From: Sarea resinae
Taxonomy: Eukaryota
DNA: 64,000 bases
Assembly (NCBI GenBank): GCA_026026165.1
Contig: JAPEUD010000034.1
Span: 124,001 to 188,000 of the forward strand
Reading direction: 5' to 3'
This document shows, piece by piece, positions 1 through 12,770 of this stretch. A program made the position numbers and the translations under genes. Every line of letters begins with the position of its first letter. The stretch's first letter is position 1. Under the pieces are notes generated by a model, which was not told where the DNA came from, did no database searches, and saw only the letters and a list, made by a program, of their open reading frames with translations.

Positions 1-675
1 GATGAGCGCCTCCAAAGTGACACGCGCCTCTCGATGCAAAATTCCTCTCCACAGCGATCCCAATCTCTCACACCCAAGCCTGGTTTCCAGAGACCGCTTT
101 CCCAGTCTCAGCCTCGTCCTGCCTCGATGAATCGATATCCAAGCCTTACGTCCCTCAAAGACCGCAGACTCCACTACGAGACACGCGATGGAGCCGCGGC
201 GCAGTGGCCCACGAGCTCGCAGAATTACCTCTCGCACCGCGTACAGACGCCTCTCAGGAACGGGGTTGGAGTCGGCTCACCTAGGACCCCGTCATCGCAT
301 GGGAAAATCGGAGAAGCTGCACAGAGCACGAGCGATAGCGATGATCACGATGACGATGACGACGATGATAGCGATTCCGGGAGTGGTTCATCATCGAAAT
401 CCGGCGACAGCGACGACGACGACGACGATGCCGAAAGCGCGAAACAGCGTCAGCAGCTGGCGCAACGGAAAGCTGGTGGTGGACCGGGCTCGGGATCAAC
501 CGGGCTCAAGACGCCTCGGGGGAGTAGATACAAGACCATGATGAAGCGTATGTTTGGCTCTTTCCTCCACCCAGCCAGCTCCTGTCCTTGATCTTGCTTG
601 ACGATACCTTTCGAATTTGGGAGTTCTACTACTAAGACGCTCTTTCCCACTACAGTCAAGCCCCCGCATCTCTGA
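1..675 (+). CDS. 3' end of a low-complexity Ser/Asp-rich hypothetical protein (5' part probably outside the window)
   Basis: Open frame from the window start with acidic D/S runs. Probable intron 548..655 (GTATGT...ACTAAG...TACAG) gives the C-terminus KTMMKLKPPHL* ending at 675. Confidence 0.55.
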
Positions 676-1570
676 TCCGGACAGCTGCCGCAAACATCTA
701 TACGTACAGCTTATCAGATGGGACGATCGACACGTTCTTTCGAGGATGCAGCAAGGCTCATCCTATGGGATATTATAGGGCTGGAACACAGCGGCCGACC
801 GTCAACTCCTCTCTCACCGTTCCATCCCCCATATATATCCCATTCCTTGCGCCTTCACCCTCTTCTCTTTCCTTCCCATCTTTCCCCCCCTTTCATCTCA
901 TCCCATCTCATCCGATCTCAAGTCGATGTGACCTCACATTACCATTCCATCCCGACCATCATTCCCTCTCACAATTCACGCAGTCATATCAGCAAAACAA
1001 GCCCAACGTAAAGAAAGCGAGACCTCAAAGAAAAAGAATGCAGTAGGGGCACTTTCTCTTTTCTCAGACATATCTATCCCATATCTCTCTTACCTTTCTC
1101 ATACCTTATTTTTATTACTCTCGGCTTCCGGTTTTCGGCTTCCGGCTTCCGGACTCCTCGGTCATCTCTCGTCCGTCCAGTCCGGTCGGAGAAACATGAC
1201 AACATCTTGGGTCTCTTTGGTTCTGTCGGTTCGGGGTTTCGGGGGTTCGTTGATGATGGAGGGAGGAGGGCCCTAAGAGAAGTTGAAGGGGCAGGACTAG
1301 GGGCCAGGGCAAAGAGTAAGGGGCGAGGGGGAAGAGAGACTTCATGTCCATATCTATATCTTTCTCGTGTTATGTGTTTATGTATATGTATAAGGTATAA
1401 GGTATCAGGTATCAGGTATCCATCTATCCAGTCAATGGTGGAGGGAATCAAATTAGAGACGTGATGACCATGTAGATAGAGATAAGACGAGAGTTATGTA
1501 TAGGTACATCGGAGATCAAAACGTGAATTTGATTGTATTCCTATGGCTGCTTCGTATAGTACTGTCTGGA

Positions 1571-1620
1571 GCATGATGCATGATGCATGATGTTTGAGGC
1601 TTGAGGCTTGAGGCTTGAGG
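1571..1620. repeat. Short tandem repeats (GCATGAT)n and (TTGAGGC)n in the convergent intergenic region
   Basis: Visible 7-bp units: gcatgatgcatgatgcatgat and ttgaggcttgaggcttgaggcttgagg. Confidence 0.8.
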
Positions 1621-2201
1621 TTCGAGAGTATGGTTGTGCGGGCCTGAGCCTGAGACGTTCGACGATAAACGTTCGTATTTGAGATCTCGCTACTAAGGAT
1701 TTCATTTCGATAGATGAGGTAATTCGGCATGCCAAAGGCTATCACATAGGTAGGTAACAAACGACTCAGGCTATATATAACTTGGCTTCTACATATACTC
1801 GATATACCATTATGCACATATCTTAGTCGGGAAAGATTCAGAAGTCAGACAGCCAGCCAGCTAGCTACGAACAAAGCCCGAAATACCGAGAAGCATTTGC
1901 GATACTATGTTCCCAGATCTAAGCGGTTCATGCGAGATCCGTATAGTCGTGAGGTCCGAGAGCTGTGCTAAGTTCTGTACCCATTACATCGAAAGGATAT
2001 AGATACGATGCGAAAAGCCTGCGAGGACCTAGACGGTGCTGACCTTGTTCTTGACTTTACTCCCGTCCCGTCCCCGTCCCCGCCACCCTGCGTGAACGGC
2101 TAAAAAGTGTAATATACCGAAAATAGTAGTATAGAGCCTCACAGAGTCTCCAGACTGACATCCGACTAAACCCACCAAGAGCATCTCAGAGGGGATACCA
2201 T

Positions 2202-5200
2202 TCAGATCCCCAAATCACCAACCCACGCCTCCCTGATCCCGAGTCCCAGAGTCATTGCCACACCCCTCGCGACGCTTCCAGCCACGATCCTCCAGCCCTG
2301 GCCTTCCGTACCGACCAGGATCTCGTGATCGGGGATTCCCTGCAACCTGCGCCCCTCGAGCACAGTCAGAAAGCGATCTTGCTCGTAATGCAGCGTGCGG
2401 CCTGAATTGTTACAGCCCTGGCGCATGCAGCTGCCTAGCGTAGGCGTGATCTTGTTACCGTCGTAGCGGCCCCAGGCGCGAGAAACTTTGAATTTGCGGT
2501 GCCTGAACGAGGCCTCATGTCTTTCGAGCAGTGGCCGAGGCAGGACCTTACGGTCAAAGGCGGTGTTGAGGGCTGACGTGGGCGGATACTTGGGAATGAG
2601 CCCGATGAGTGCAGTGTTTTGCGGTGTCAGCGTCTTAGGGTTAGGGGGCCGGTGATCCGGGTGGGAGAGGTAGAATTGGCTGCCAGAATCCGCATCGAAA
2701 GGAGAGAAGTCGGGGAATGGTGGTGGCAGATCCTGGATGGCTTCTTTGAGCGTAATGTGGTTAAAGGGGGTGGAGCCGAATTTCCGCATGCCAACTTGTT
2801 TACGGTTGGCGAGGCGTGATATGCATCTGCTGGGAGTGCCCTTTGGGTGACTATGTGATGGGGCTGGTGGAGGAGGTAGCTTACATCCTGGAGCGGCGAT
2901 AGAGATGTAGAGTCGGGACTGATTTGCTGCGCCGCCAAAGGACCAAGCATCAAGATTAAATTGCTGCACTTGGTATCCCATGCCTAAAAGGCAGCAGACT
3001 AGTTGCGCAAACACGTCCTCGCCCGGAACATGGCTCTTGCCAGCCAAGCAGAGGAGGTTCTCAATCAGAGCGTATTTGGGGCGGAAAAAGTCGATACAAG
3101 CGGCGACAAGAGCAACGAGGGCACGTCCTTCTTGAGCATTAACAGTCATTGTGTAGCGGTTAGCATTGGAAAAGGGTTGGCTAGGGGGTTCTGCTATTAT
3201 CATTTCCACTTCTCCTGCCTTCGGATATCCGGGCTTTCCAGCCATGCAACAAGCTAGAAAGTTGCTGATGTCGCCGAGATAAAACTGGGCCCCCGAATAC
3301 TTTGGTTTCGCATTCGCTCGTTGCGTATGAATCTCTGCTGATGATACGTCGACACACCACTGGACAGAAATGGCTCCCCCTTCTTCCAGTCCGCGACCAA
3401 AACTACCTCCGCAGCCCCACAGGTCTAGTGCTTTAAGTGGCGGGCGAGATGGCTGAGCTGTAGGATCAAAGCTCTCAACAAGCCCGGTAGGCATAGCCTC
3501 AAGTGGTTCGAGGCGTTGTGTCGAATTCTGATATCGATATGAGATATAGTATGCGTCTCCAGTGCCATTGCGATTGTATGGTGCGGGGATCTTTCTATCA
3601 CCTTGGTCTTTGGCCGAATAGAAGCGAACGAGGCATTTTCTTTCCACAAATTCAGCCGGAACCCAGAAAGTTGTCTCAGTGTAGAGAAGCTCATTCGGGG
3701 CAGCGTTGCTGCGGAGTTCTTGTGCAGGTAAAAGCCGTCTGCACAATACTTTCCTCTTCTTCTGGTTGAGCTCTAGTATCTCGACCGGATTGAGCGTATC
3801 AGAGCCTTTGTTTCCCACTAACACTGTATCCCCAACGCAATATGTCTCCTTCACTCTCTGAAAATCAGATTTGCATCCTCGATGCACACATTCAAAGTCG
3901 GGCGTCTCTAAATTCGCGAAGGCATGGTCGGTAGTTCGAAAAGTCCGACATACAAAGTATGATCCATTCGACTGAGAAGGGCAGGTAGAGATAGAGAACG
4001 ACACTGGAACTTTGCACATGACTCTTTCTATTTCGAGCTTTTCGGTGCACTGATCAGATAGAAAAAGCTCGTTCGGGAAAGGATAGAGCATTTTCCCGCA
4101 CGTTGTGTCGGCAGGCTTATATAGCCATAATACATGCAGAAATTGTCTCCCACGCTGATTAGTCAAAACATCTTGAACATAGGCAAACCATTGCTCTAAG
4201 TCTCTTCCGCCACCGACGTCAAGGCAAAGCACAACATCCCCTGCTTTGACCGGCTCTAGAAGACTGTCTGCACAGAGAGCCCTTTCTGCAATTGTCCAGT
4301 CGAATGACATTGGCACTGATGCTGGCGGCTCTAGAGACGTTTTGACGTAATTGCAGCGAGGAAGGATGCCCTGGAGGAAGCTTCCCCAAGATAAATGCTC
4401 GAAGCAGTCCTTGACAAAGGGCGTGACAACAATCGAGCTGACTCCTGGTTTGAGCTTTATTGCTGCATCCAATAATTCTGGGTGGAACTCCCCCCAAATC
4501 GAATGCCCTTCTAGTTCCTTTTCAATGTCTGTGGCCTCCTTCCACAAAAACCCTGGATTAGCTGTCAAGAAACTCCGGAAGTCGGTCCCAGAGAATCGCT
4601 GACACCATTTCTGAAATTCTTGATTATGCCTATGCAGAAATTTAGCCCATGCGTAGAATTTATCCTTGAAATCTACTAGCTTTGCGGAGCGATGGCTGGT
4701 CAGGAAGGAGGTGAAGTATTTTGAGAACGTAGCAATCCTGAGGAAGTGATTATAATAGTAGCTGTACTCTAAAAGCGGCCACTTCAGATTGTACCAGATG
4801 TTCCTGTCCTCGTTGAACGTTGATCGAATCCAAATTTGATCTCGAGAATGGTGTGCTTCGCCAATAGATAGTTGACTAAAAGGTACCCTCTGGACGTAAT
4901 AATTTCGTTTCGCATCACTGAGGACTCCATCAAAGTAATAGACCCGGTGTCCACCGAGTGTGCGGAGATTCTGCAGCGATGCAAGTTCAGCACTTGTGCT
5001 AGATAACGCCTCAACAGAAGAATCTCCTTTCCTCTTGTCCGACACCGGGCAGAGCCTATATATGCTGAAATGATGTAGCTCTATCTGCTCGAAGCTATCT
5101 TCAAAGTGGCCAGACAAAAAGTCGCCCTGCGGGATCTAAATCATGTAAATTAGCGATCGAATAAACTCGACAGGCAAACATCAGGTTACCTCGAGTTTCA

Positions 5201-6464
5201 GCAGGGCCGATTGCTCCGACATGATTGTAGATGGGGGCTTCCATCCAAGATACTCTGATTTGGGGCCTTTCAAGCGCGGCATGATACAGTCGATTTGTAG
5301 ATGCCTCTTCGGCCCTGAGAGCTCCCCCTGCTGACTCACAGTTGCCGTCGCTCTGACTTTAGCGTGGCGGGATTCTTGCACAGTATCGTCACTTCCATTG
5401 CCGTCTAGCGTAGCATACTGGTCAAATGCCCGTTTGCGAGGGTTCTTTTTCGAAGGTCTTGGAAATGATACGCCAATACAATCTTCTTGTGGGGCACTTA
5501 ACTCGTCCAACTCATCTTCCGACTGTATACCAGTGAGGTCAATCACCTCGGATTGTGTGCTCACTCTTTGTGGCGTTTCATTGCGTTGCGTAGAACCCAA
5601 TTTATCCGGCTCCTCCGAGGATTTCGTATCATCCACAGTGAGATCGATCACCTCAGGACCAAGCACCTCTGGACCCTCTATAGCTTGTACATCTTCCTCA
5701 TCCCGTTCTAGTATGCCGACCTCGTCATCTGAATGTGGCACATTGTTGAGTCCAAGGTTGGTCGGATGAAGGCTAAGCTCATTACTGCAGCTTCCAATAG
5801 CTGACGATTCATGCCACTGCAATAAATCAATTTCCTCTTCGACATGTTCTGAGTCGTTCGTTGAAGTATTGAGAAACCAAGGACCACCTGCAATACGCTC
5901 GTTTTCCTGAGCTTGTGGTTCATTGCATGGCACGCGATCGCCTTCTAACGACTTTGCGGCCTGGACTGAGAGCTCAGTCAGTCTAAGACCATCCACAGGG
6001 AGGCCGCTTCGATAGGCTGGTGGTTTACTCGAGTAAGATATGTCATCGAGTTTCCTGTCCGACAAGTCTGCGGCCTCGTCTGGGAAGATGATCCACCTAG
6101 GGCCATGAACGAATCCTTGGTCTTCACTGCGGAGCTGTTCGTCTTCATGGGCTGGCACTTCGTTCAGGTCGGCGCAGATATGCTCGGAATCGAGGATTTC
6201 AGGATCTTCTCTGCTGTGAGTCGAGGTCAAGCCTCTAGGATCGAGCTCTTCCGGGCTCGATCTGTCGCTGTCTGAAGGGAAAGGCTCTTCGGGGGGTTCA
6301 ATTTCAAGGGTTTGGAGAGCTGCCAAATCGTTGATCCCTCCTCCTTGTTTGGTGTCAGGATCAATATCTTCGCCCCATGCATCCTGACATAGAACTTCGT
6401 CCAGCTCATTCCACAACACAAAATCATTGCCGAAGCCAAACGGGACCTGGCATTGATCGTCCAT
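2202..6464 (-). CDS. dim-2: DIM-2/Masc2-type DNA (cytosine-5) methyltransferase homologue with two BAH domains, about 1402 aa; catalytic motifs altered
   Basis: Exons 5190..6464 and 2202..5135 are joined in frame by intron 5136..5189 (GTAACC...GCTAAT...TTTAG). It has an acidic N-terminus, BAH-like segments (WFAYVQ...VLWLYKPADTTC...NELFLSD; PNELLYT), the IPAPYNRNGTGDAYYI block and an MTase fold (FGRGLEEGG, RPKYALIENL, LHYEQDRFLTVLEGRRLQGIPDHE). Confidence 0.9.
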
Positions 6465-8183
6465 TCTCTGATACCGAGGGTTTCCGCTTCCCTACGTTAG
6501 GACGTCCACTGCAGAAGCAGAAGCCGGAGTTCACTACATGGCGAGGATCCACATATATAAGCCCATTTTCGACTGGATTCGGGCTAGGTAAACAACGGAC
6601 ACGTAGCTAAGCAACGCAGAAAGCGAGAATACAGACGGTTGCCCGTTGCACAGAACAGGGATAGTAAAGTAGTAATCACGCATATCCTGCAAGTTCCAGG
6701 TTGCCGATTCCATACCGAAACGAGCTTGGTGGGGAGTTGCCAATCCATGTAATTGACGAATTACCTAGAGCTAGGCCAAGCCCACCAGGTGTTGGGTGCA
6801 ATCGCAATAACTTAAAAAAAACGATGTCAAGCTCTGAAGTCAAATATCCATTCCAGAGCAAGCAACGACAATCAAGCCAGGTGCTTTCGTGTCCAGCGTA
6901 GCGACCGGGGTTGGAGATCGCAGCACTGGACATGATGAAGTAAAGCCTGGTTCATGTTCTGTGGATTTTGGAAGATTGAGCGACCTCCCGAGCACGCAAG
7001 CCTGTCAGGGCTTACCCGCCGTAGCAGGAACGAGTGATTGCACTCATCATTCCCTCTTTGGCGAGAATTGAGAGCTTGCAGTTGGCTTGTCCCCAAGTAT
7101 GGCGCTATAGCTTGTGGTGGTCACCGCGGCATGGCGCGGATTGAGCGACTGTCAAATGGAAGTCGCCAAAGCCGACCAGCACCTCAATGTTGGGTAACCA
7201 ATGCTGCCATGGGCTGCAGAGTAAATTCTATGGTGTGTGCTCCTGCCTACCCATAAGCACGGACCGTCGCAACCGTGGGCGTGATAGTAATTATCGGTTT
7301 CTATCATCGTTGAGTTTCTAGTTGCTACCTTGGAGGAGTGCAGGAGCCAGCCCAATGTTGTCGTGGTTCTGAAGCGAGCTTATATACGCCTGTAGGAACA
7401 CTTCGCCGCGGGAATGGTGTCCTGACCTTTTTCGTACGGCTGCCTTCAAGCAGGCGGAAGCGGATACCAGAAGACATCCTATTCCTCTTCCAGATTATCT
7501 GATTGATGTACGTGAAAACGCTCGCCGCTTTCGGACCTCAACTCTGATCTGTCTGTCTCGCGTCTGCGAAAGCATGGCCGTCACGCGCCGGCGCACAGGA
7601 CAGGAAAGCGGATATGATCAAAGCGTCTAGGGCTAGGAGCATGTAGTGAAGGGGTAGAGTGTAATGCCTTGCTAAGAGAAGATCGCGATGCGAGATGACA
7701 GCAATGAGAAGAGAGGTGAGAGGCGGTGCTAGATAGGCCTTCCGCCACTGACTTGAGACGTCATCGAAGCCCTGGATCGTTCGACTTTGAATCCTGTATA
7801 TCGATATCTTCATGCACTGGTTGGAATGCGTTCGGCTGTCTTCATGGTATGGCATTTGTAACTATCGGGCTGGTATACATGGTGATTGACCCTTGGAAGG
7901 GACTTGGAGGAAGCAATTCTGGTGTGTGTTCTCACTGGGATAGATGGGCTCCCATCATGATGATCATCATCATCTTCTGAAAAGTGACACCAGACACTCC
8001 ATATCCATCCATCCGTCTCGTTTCCTATGACCCACAATTTGTAGCCAAAATTCATCTGAGGTCGTGCATCTGAGACTACACTGCTTCTGTTGGTTCGGAA
8101 ATCTCGTTTCTCTCAGCGCCCTCTTCAAACGGCTATATACCTGTTTCCTGGAAGTGCCCTAGAACGCAACAGCTATCATAACT

Positions 8184-9494
8184 TCATAACTTCCACACCT
8201 CCCATCGCGATAGATCGAGCGAGCCCAGAATGCCGCCGACCGGTCCTTGAATCTCCTGACCGTCGGACCATTTCTTGGGACCCGCAAAATGCTGCACAAA
8301 CCCGTCGGGGCCGGAGACGAGGATAATATTTTTTCCTTGTTGCTGATGCCCGCGGCCATGACACCTCCGGGCTGCTGCTTCGGCGGTGTTGTCGACAGAG
8401 CCGTTGAGGTGGTTGCTACGGGTGATTGACGTTTGGACAGTCCGGGCAGAAATGAATGTCCGCTCTTCGTCGACAAAATAGTCGATGCTTAGCTGGGAAG
8501 GGTAGAGCGTTTTGAGAGCGCTGAGATGAGCCACGATGGCGCCTTCATCTCTCTTCGTTGGTGGATGTGTGGCCAGACCGGCTGCTGACTTCTCGTCGCT
8601 ATCAAAGCCAAGCCTAGAAGTCAGGCCTCTCCAAATACCAAGCCCCGGAGAAGTGTCGGGGAAGTCGCTGATGCCGCCTACGCAATCCTCCCGTCGTCGA
8701 TTTGCCCATATTATATGTATCCGAGGAATTGATGGAGTCACTGTGTCCTGGCTCTTCTCCCCCGTTGTATTGGTAGATGTCCGATGCTCGAGCAAAGTGT
8801 GCGCCACTTGCAGCGCTGGCGCTATGCCCGTTCCACCGGCAAGAAACACGATGTTTTCGACGTTATCTGGGATATGGTAGCCCACGCGAGGCCCGCGGAG
8901 GTCGGCGGTGCTGTCGATGGCAAGGCGATGGAGGTAATTGGAGAGTTCACCGTGGTGCTCTCGGCGAACTAGGAGGCGGATGTCTTGTTCGGATTCATCT
9001 TGTTGTCCGGTTCTCGGGCTGGAGGCTGAGGTCGCGATTGGCGCTGGTGATGGGGGAAGCGGCGTGTAGGCTCGAGCGATCTGGAGCTGAGGCTGCTTGA
9101 CTTCAACACTCCAGGCTCCTGCATCCCACGGTCGTTGGGATTGAGGAATCTGCGAGAGTGACGGGCGAGGTTGGCGTAGGGTGAAGATTGTGCTTGTCGA
9201 TGAGACAGCTTCCTTTGAGATCAGGGTAAATGGAGTGAATGTGTATGGATTCAAATCCTTGTCATCGGATTGAGGTCTGGAGGCGTTGTATGCTGCAGTA
9301 ATGGCGAGGCCGATCGCAAACGCCGTGAGGTAGGAGGGCCATTTTCTCCGATTCGGGGATGAGGCTGGCGATGACGAGGTGGTCGACAGAACACGTCGAG
9401 AGGCAGGCCGATGCGAGAGCAACCGCCTTGATAACGAAAGATGGAAGCGACTGTGATGGAGAGAATGGGGGGTCGTCCCCGCGAAGAGACTCAT
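8184..9494 (-). CDS. CYC2: Mitochondrial cytochrome b5 reductase-like flavoprotein, Cyc2 family
   Basis: Arg/Ser-rich presequence plus TM helix; FAD motif KQPQLQIARAYTPL; NAD motif FLAGGTGIAP; C-terminal VSGPDGF and QGPVGGIL...VWKL. Confidence 0.85.
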   Translation of the reverse strand: MSLFAGTTPHSLHHSRFHLSLSRRLLSHRPASRRVLSTTSSSPASSPNRRKWPSYLTAFAIGLAITAAYNASRPQSDDKDLNPYTFTPFTLISKEAVSSTSTIFTLRQPRPSLSQIPQSQRPWDAGAWSVEVKQPQLQIARAYTPLPPSPAPIATSASSPRTGQQDESEQDIRLLVRREHHGELSNYLHRLAIDSTADLRGPRVGYHIPDNVENIVFLAGGTGIAPALQVAHTLLEHRTSTNTTGEKSQDTVTPSIPRIHIIWANRRREDCVGGISDFPDTSPGLGIWRGLTSRLGFDSDEKSAAGLATHPPTKRDEGAIVAHLSALKTLYPSQLSIDYFVDEERTFISARTVQTSITRSNHLNGSVDNTAEAAARRCHGRGHQQQGKNIILVSGPDGFVQHFAGPKKWSDGQEIQGPVGGILGSLDLSRWEVWKL

Positions 9495-9715
9495 TGTTTA
9501 CGGTGTATCGGGGCCATGGACAAGGATGGCGGAAGACGGGATGGATTGACGCGGTAGGGTTGCAATGGTTGGACCTCGGTAGGCGGACTTGCGGTAGGCC
9601 TTTCGATAAGGGCTCCGATAGGCAATCGGTGCATCTGCATTCTACACAACACTTTCTCGAAATATTTCATTTGAGTGCCCGGCTCCCCAGACCAGTGCTC
9701 CCTCCACAATAGGAC

Positions 9716-10828
9716 ATGGACAACGATGACGGGGGAAGCAGTCGAGGGGTCGAAGGTCAAGCTCCAGGTCAAGACTACACGCCATCCTCCGACCGCGGCA
9801 AGGCTCGCGCTGGCGACGCAAACAACAGCAATTTGAACCGCAGCCAGCAATCGCTTGCTTCCAGAATAGGCTCTTCAGCGTCGGGCCTGGCGCAGAATGT
9901 TTTGGGAAGCTCGAGCTCGAGGTCGGCCTCGGGATACGCAACAGGAGCGCTTGCATCCAGCCAAGCAAATGCCGGAAAGGACCACCAGTCATCCATCGGG
10001 TCATCTTCAGGATCGTCGACTTGGACGGAGACTTCCCTGGCGTCTAGCTCGGCATCTGCACCAGCAGCAGGGTCGGCTGGTGGGTTTCGATCGTCGTCCG
10101 TAGGGCTGCAGTCGGGCGGGGAGGAGAACGCAGAACAGGAATTCAACGACTTTCTCGACTATCGAAATTCCGAGTTTGCTAGCACGGGACAGGAAAATGG
10201 GCATGATCTAATGAATGGGGGAGTTTCGACTAGTAGCGCAGCATCAGGGCGTGCTATGCATAACGAATCTGCAATCCCTCCATATATGTCTGCTACAACT
10301 TCACAGCCTTACACCATGCACGATGCCGACCATATCCAAAGAGAAGATGGTGCAGACGTTGTGGCGCTGCTCTCAGACCCCAGCTTCACCACGGACGACG
10401 ATCCCTTCGCGCCCCTCCCCACAACGGATGAAGAATCCTCTTTCCCCGAAGAACAGCCATCGGCCGAATACACACAGCTGGCATCTCGTCTTGACCCTCC
10501 CCCAACACACCGCGCGCCCTCCCCAACCAACCCTCTGAATCTCATCCCGAATTTCGGCGAAGACTCACAGAGCTGGCTCTACAACGAACCACCGACCTCG
10601 GAAGCTCAACGGAATGCCTGGATCTCACACTGGGAATCTGTGCTCGATAGTTACACGGACGAAGTATGGGGCGATCTACTACCCAGCAAACGAGAAGCCC
10701 AGGCCGAGCTCGAGGAGATGAAAAATGATGGGCCAGACAATTCCGACCACTCATCCACGGCTGTTAGACGACTGGGTATGCTCCTCGGCCATCTGGGTCA
10801 GCGCCGTGCGCAACAGCAGCGGCAATAG
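9716..10828 (+). CDS. Fungal hypothetical protein (370 aa), divergent from CYC2
   Basis: Single ATG-started ORF with conserved-looking blocks DGADVVALLS, WESVLDSYTDEVWGDLLP and AVRRLGMLLGHL. Confidence 0.75.
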   Translation: MDNDDGGSSRGVEGQAPGQDYTPSSDRGKARAGDANNSNLNRSQQSLASRIGSSASGLAQNVLGSSSSRSASGYATGALASSQANAGKDHQSSIGSSSGSSTWTETSLASSSASAPAAGSAGGFRSSSVGLQSGGEENAEQEFNDFLDYRNSEFASTGQENGHDLMNGGVSTSSAASGRAMHNESAIPPYMSATTSQPYTMHDADHIQREDGADVVALLSDPSFTTDDDPFAPLPTTDEESSFPEEQPSAEYTQLASRLDPPPTHRAPSPTNPLNLIPNFGEDSQSWLYNEPPTSEAQRNAWISHWESVLDSYTDEVWGDLLPSKREAQAELEEMKNDGPDNSDHSSTAVRRLGMLLGHLGQRRAQQQRQ

Positions 10829-11751
10829 ACAATAAAGGACAAATACCATTACATATAGCCTTGGATGTGAGCAGTTCAAATGCTCACATCCATTTTCGCA
10901 TCTCCTTTTTGGGAACAGCAGGGAACAGCAAATCAACCGCCTCGCATCTCGCCCTTGAAAGATATGGAGATTCAACGGCGACCGCGACATCAAAGAAGTC
11001 GAATGCAATGTGAGCCCCCAAGCATTCGACATGGCGCACAAACTCCTTCAGCTCGTTTTCGCGCGAGCGCCAAAACAACATGAGCGAAATCAAAAACAAG
11101 GTCGAGGCAGGAATACTGGCCGAGGGAGAGAGAAGGACGATTTATGAGACGGATTCCTCAATAAAGTATGCGAGGTCGTAATGCGGCAATCTCCACTGCG
11201 GAGGTAGGGATTGATCGGACTGAGCTCCTGAAAGGGTATGATGATAGTGAAAAGTGTAAGATGCTTTGTCGGTCTTGGGGAACTGGAAAGTGAGAATAAA
11301 GGAGGCAGGGAAGAGAACAGATCTATTCCACGGAATTCAGACAGCGCAGTCTGATAGCCAATGCAGGAAATTTCCATGCACAAGCAAGGCTCTTCATAGA
11401 TCTAGGGGAGGTATCCTCACAGCGCCGCAGTAAGCCGAATTTGCCGCAGCAAGCAGCTGATCAGATCACATAAATCAAGATCAATGATATGTCATGCAAG
11501 AACATGCCCAGGTGTTTCGTAGCAAGACGCACTGATCTTGTAACAGCAGGCACCGAAGCAACATGAGGATGCTTGTGGCCAACCAAAGCTCTTCAATACA
11601 GGCCAACCTACCGTACCTGGCGAAGACCAAAAATCACGAAGTAGAGATAAAGCCCGAAAGAACTATAATTATCTCTCTTTCTAAGTAGTGTCTGCATCTT
11701 CATATTAATAACGGTAAGGTATAGAAGCAACATTTAAGCTTGTGTCTCACC

Positions 11752-11790
11752 GAGGGCGTCCACTGATCCCTACTCCACCGATCCCTACTC
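11752..11790 (+). repeat. 15-bp tandem repeat CAC(T/C)GATCCCTACTC x2 preceded by GAGGGCGTC; resembles a DNA-transposon terminus
   Basis: Units at 11761-11775 and 11776-11790; no inverted partner found by eye. Confidence 0.45.
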
Positions 11791-12770
11791 TGCTTCGAAG
11801 AAAACTCGCACTCGCGCCATCTTCATTCTCGCTATCGTGAAAAAAAAGCCCCGCACTAGTCCGTACCCCACCAACATGGGCCCCCCCTCATAGTCCGTCG
11901 AGCCCCTCGCAAAAGCTTTATAGGGTCGTCGGCTGCTCATCCAATTCCTCTGTCAGACATCATTTCACTTATGAGTATGATCAGAAATGCAGATTGCAGA
12001 AGACGATCGCGCCTGGTGTCTGCGATCCAGCATCTCTTTGTGGCTCTTTCATCGTGGCGCCAGTTCCTGACACCCTATTTTGACTTCCAATTGGTTTCGT
12101 TTCTCGGCCTCAGGGCTTGCAAGCGTACTTCGTACTCGTAAGCCCGACGGGACCCAGCAGAGATTCGCAGAGATTGGATAGATGGCGGTGACTGGATACC
12201 TCGCGTTCCGTAGCAATACCATGTACCTCGCACCTTCCTTCGGATATATATCAAATAAGGGGTACACCCTTCGCCTTCGGGCATTTGGTCAATTTGAAAC
12301 GATACAGAGAAGATTAGCAGTGAGCATTACGTTCGACTCTCGTGGTTCGCACTTTACTAATTGTATTTCCAGTGGCCCCTGCAGTACGTGATTTTGTAGC
12401 CTTGTACCTTTCTTCGCTTTCTAACGACAAATCTAGCTAAGGATGACGTTAGCATTCCCCCTCCCATCAACGATAGTACAAACTGACAGATAGTAGACGC
12501 TTCGCAAAAGAGATAGCTACCAATTTTTTTTGGTTTTCTTTTTTTGGTTTGGGTTTTATTATTATGAATGTTTTTTCGATTTGTAAAAGTTTCTCTCTAT
12601 GTATACCTTGATATATTGAGTGCAAATGTTCTAGGTAGCCTTATTTTCTTACCACTATATTTATGTATTTACTCTCTATAGCAGTGCTACTTGGTGAGAC
12701 AGATTAGAAAGGCGACTCTTGCAAATCCCAGTATGGCCATCGCTATCAGTCAACGAGCATTGCCACCAGC

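Noticed and set aside
718..2100. Short ORFs in CT-rich and AT-rich sequence
   Set aside because: Low-complexity convergent 3' UTR/intergenic DNA with microsatellites and no protein motifs.
6500..8100. Several 60-105 aa ORFs between dim-2 and CYC2
   Set aside because: No recognisable domain or consistent splice model; a small gene cannot be excluded.
11900..12400. Possible transposase fragment after the terminus-like repeat
   Set aside because: No DDE or HTH motif found in the frames I translated.
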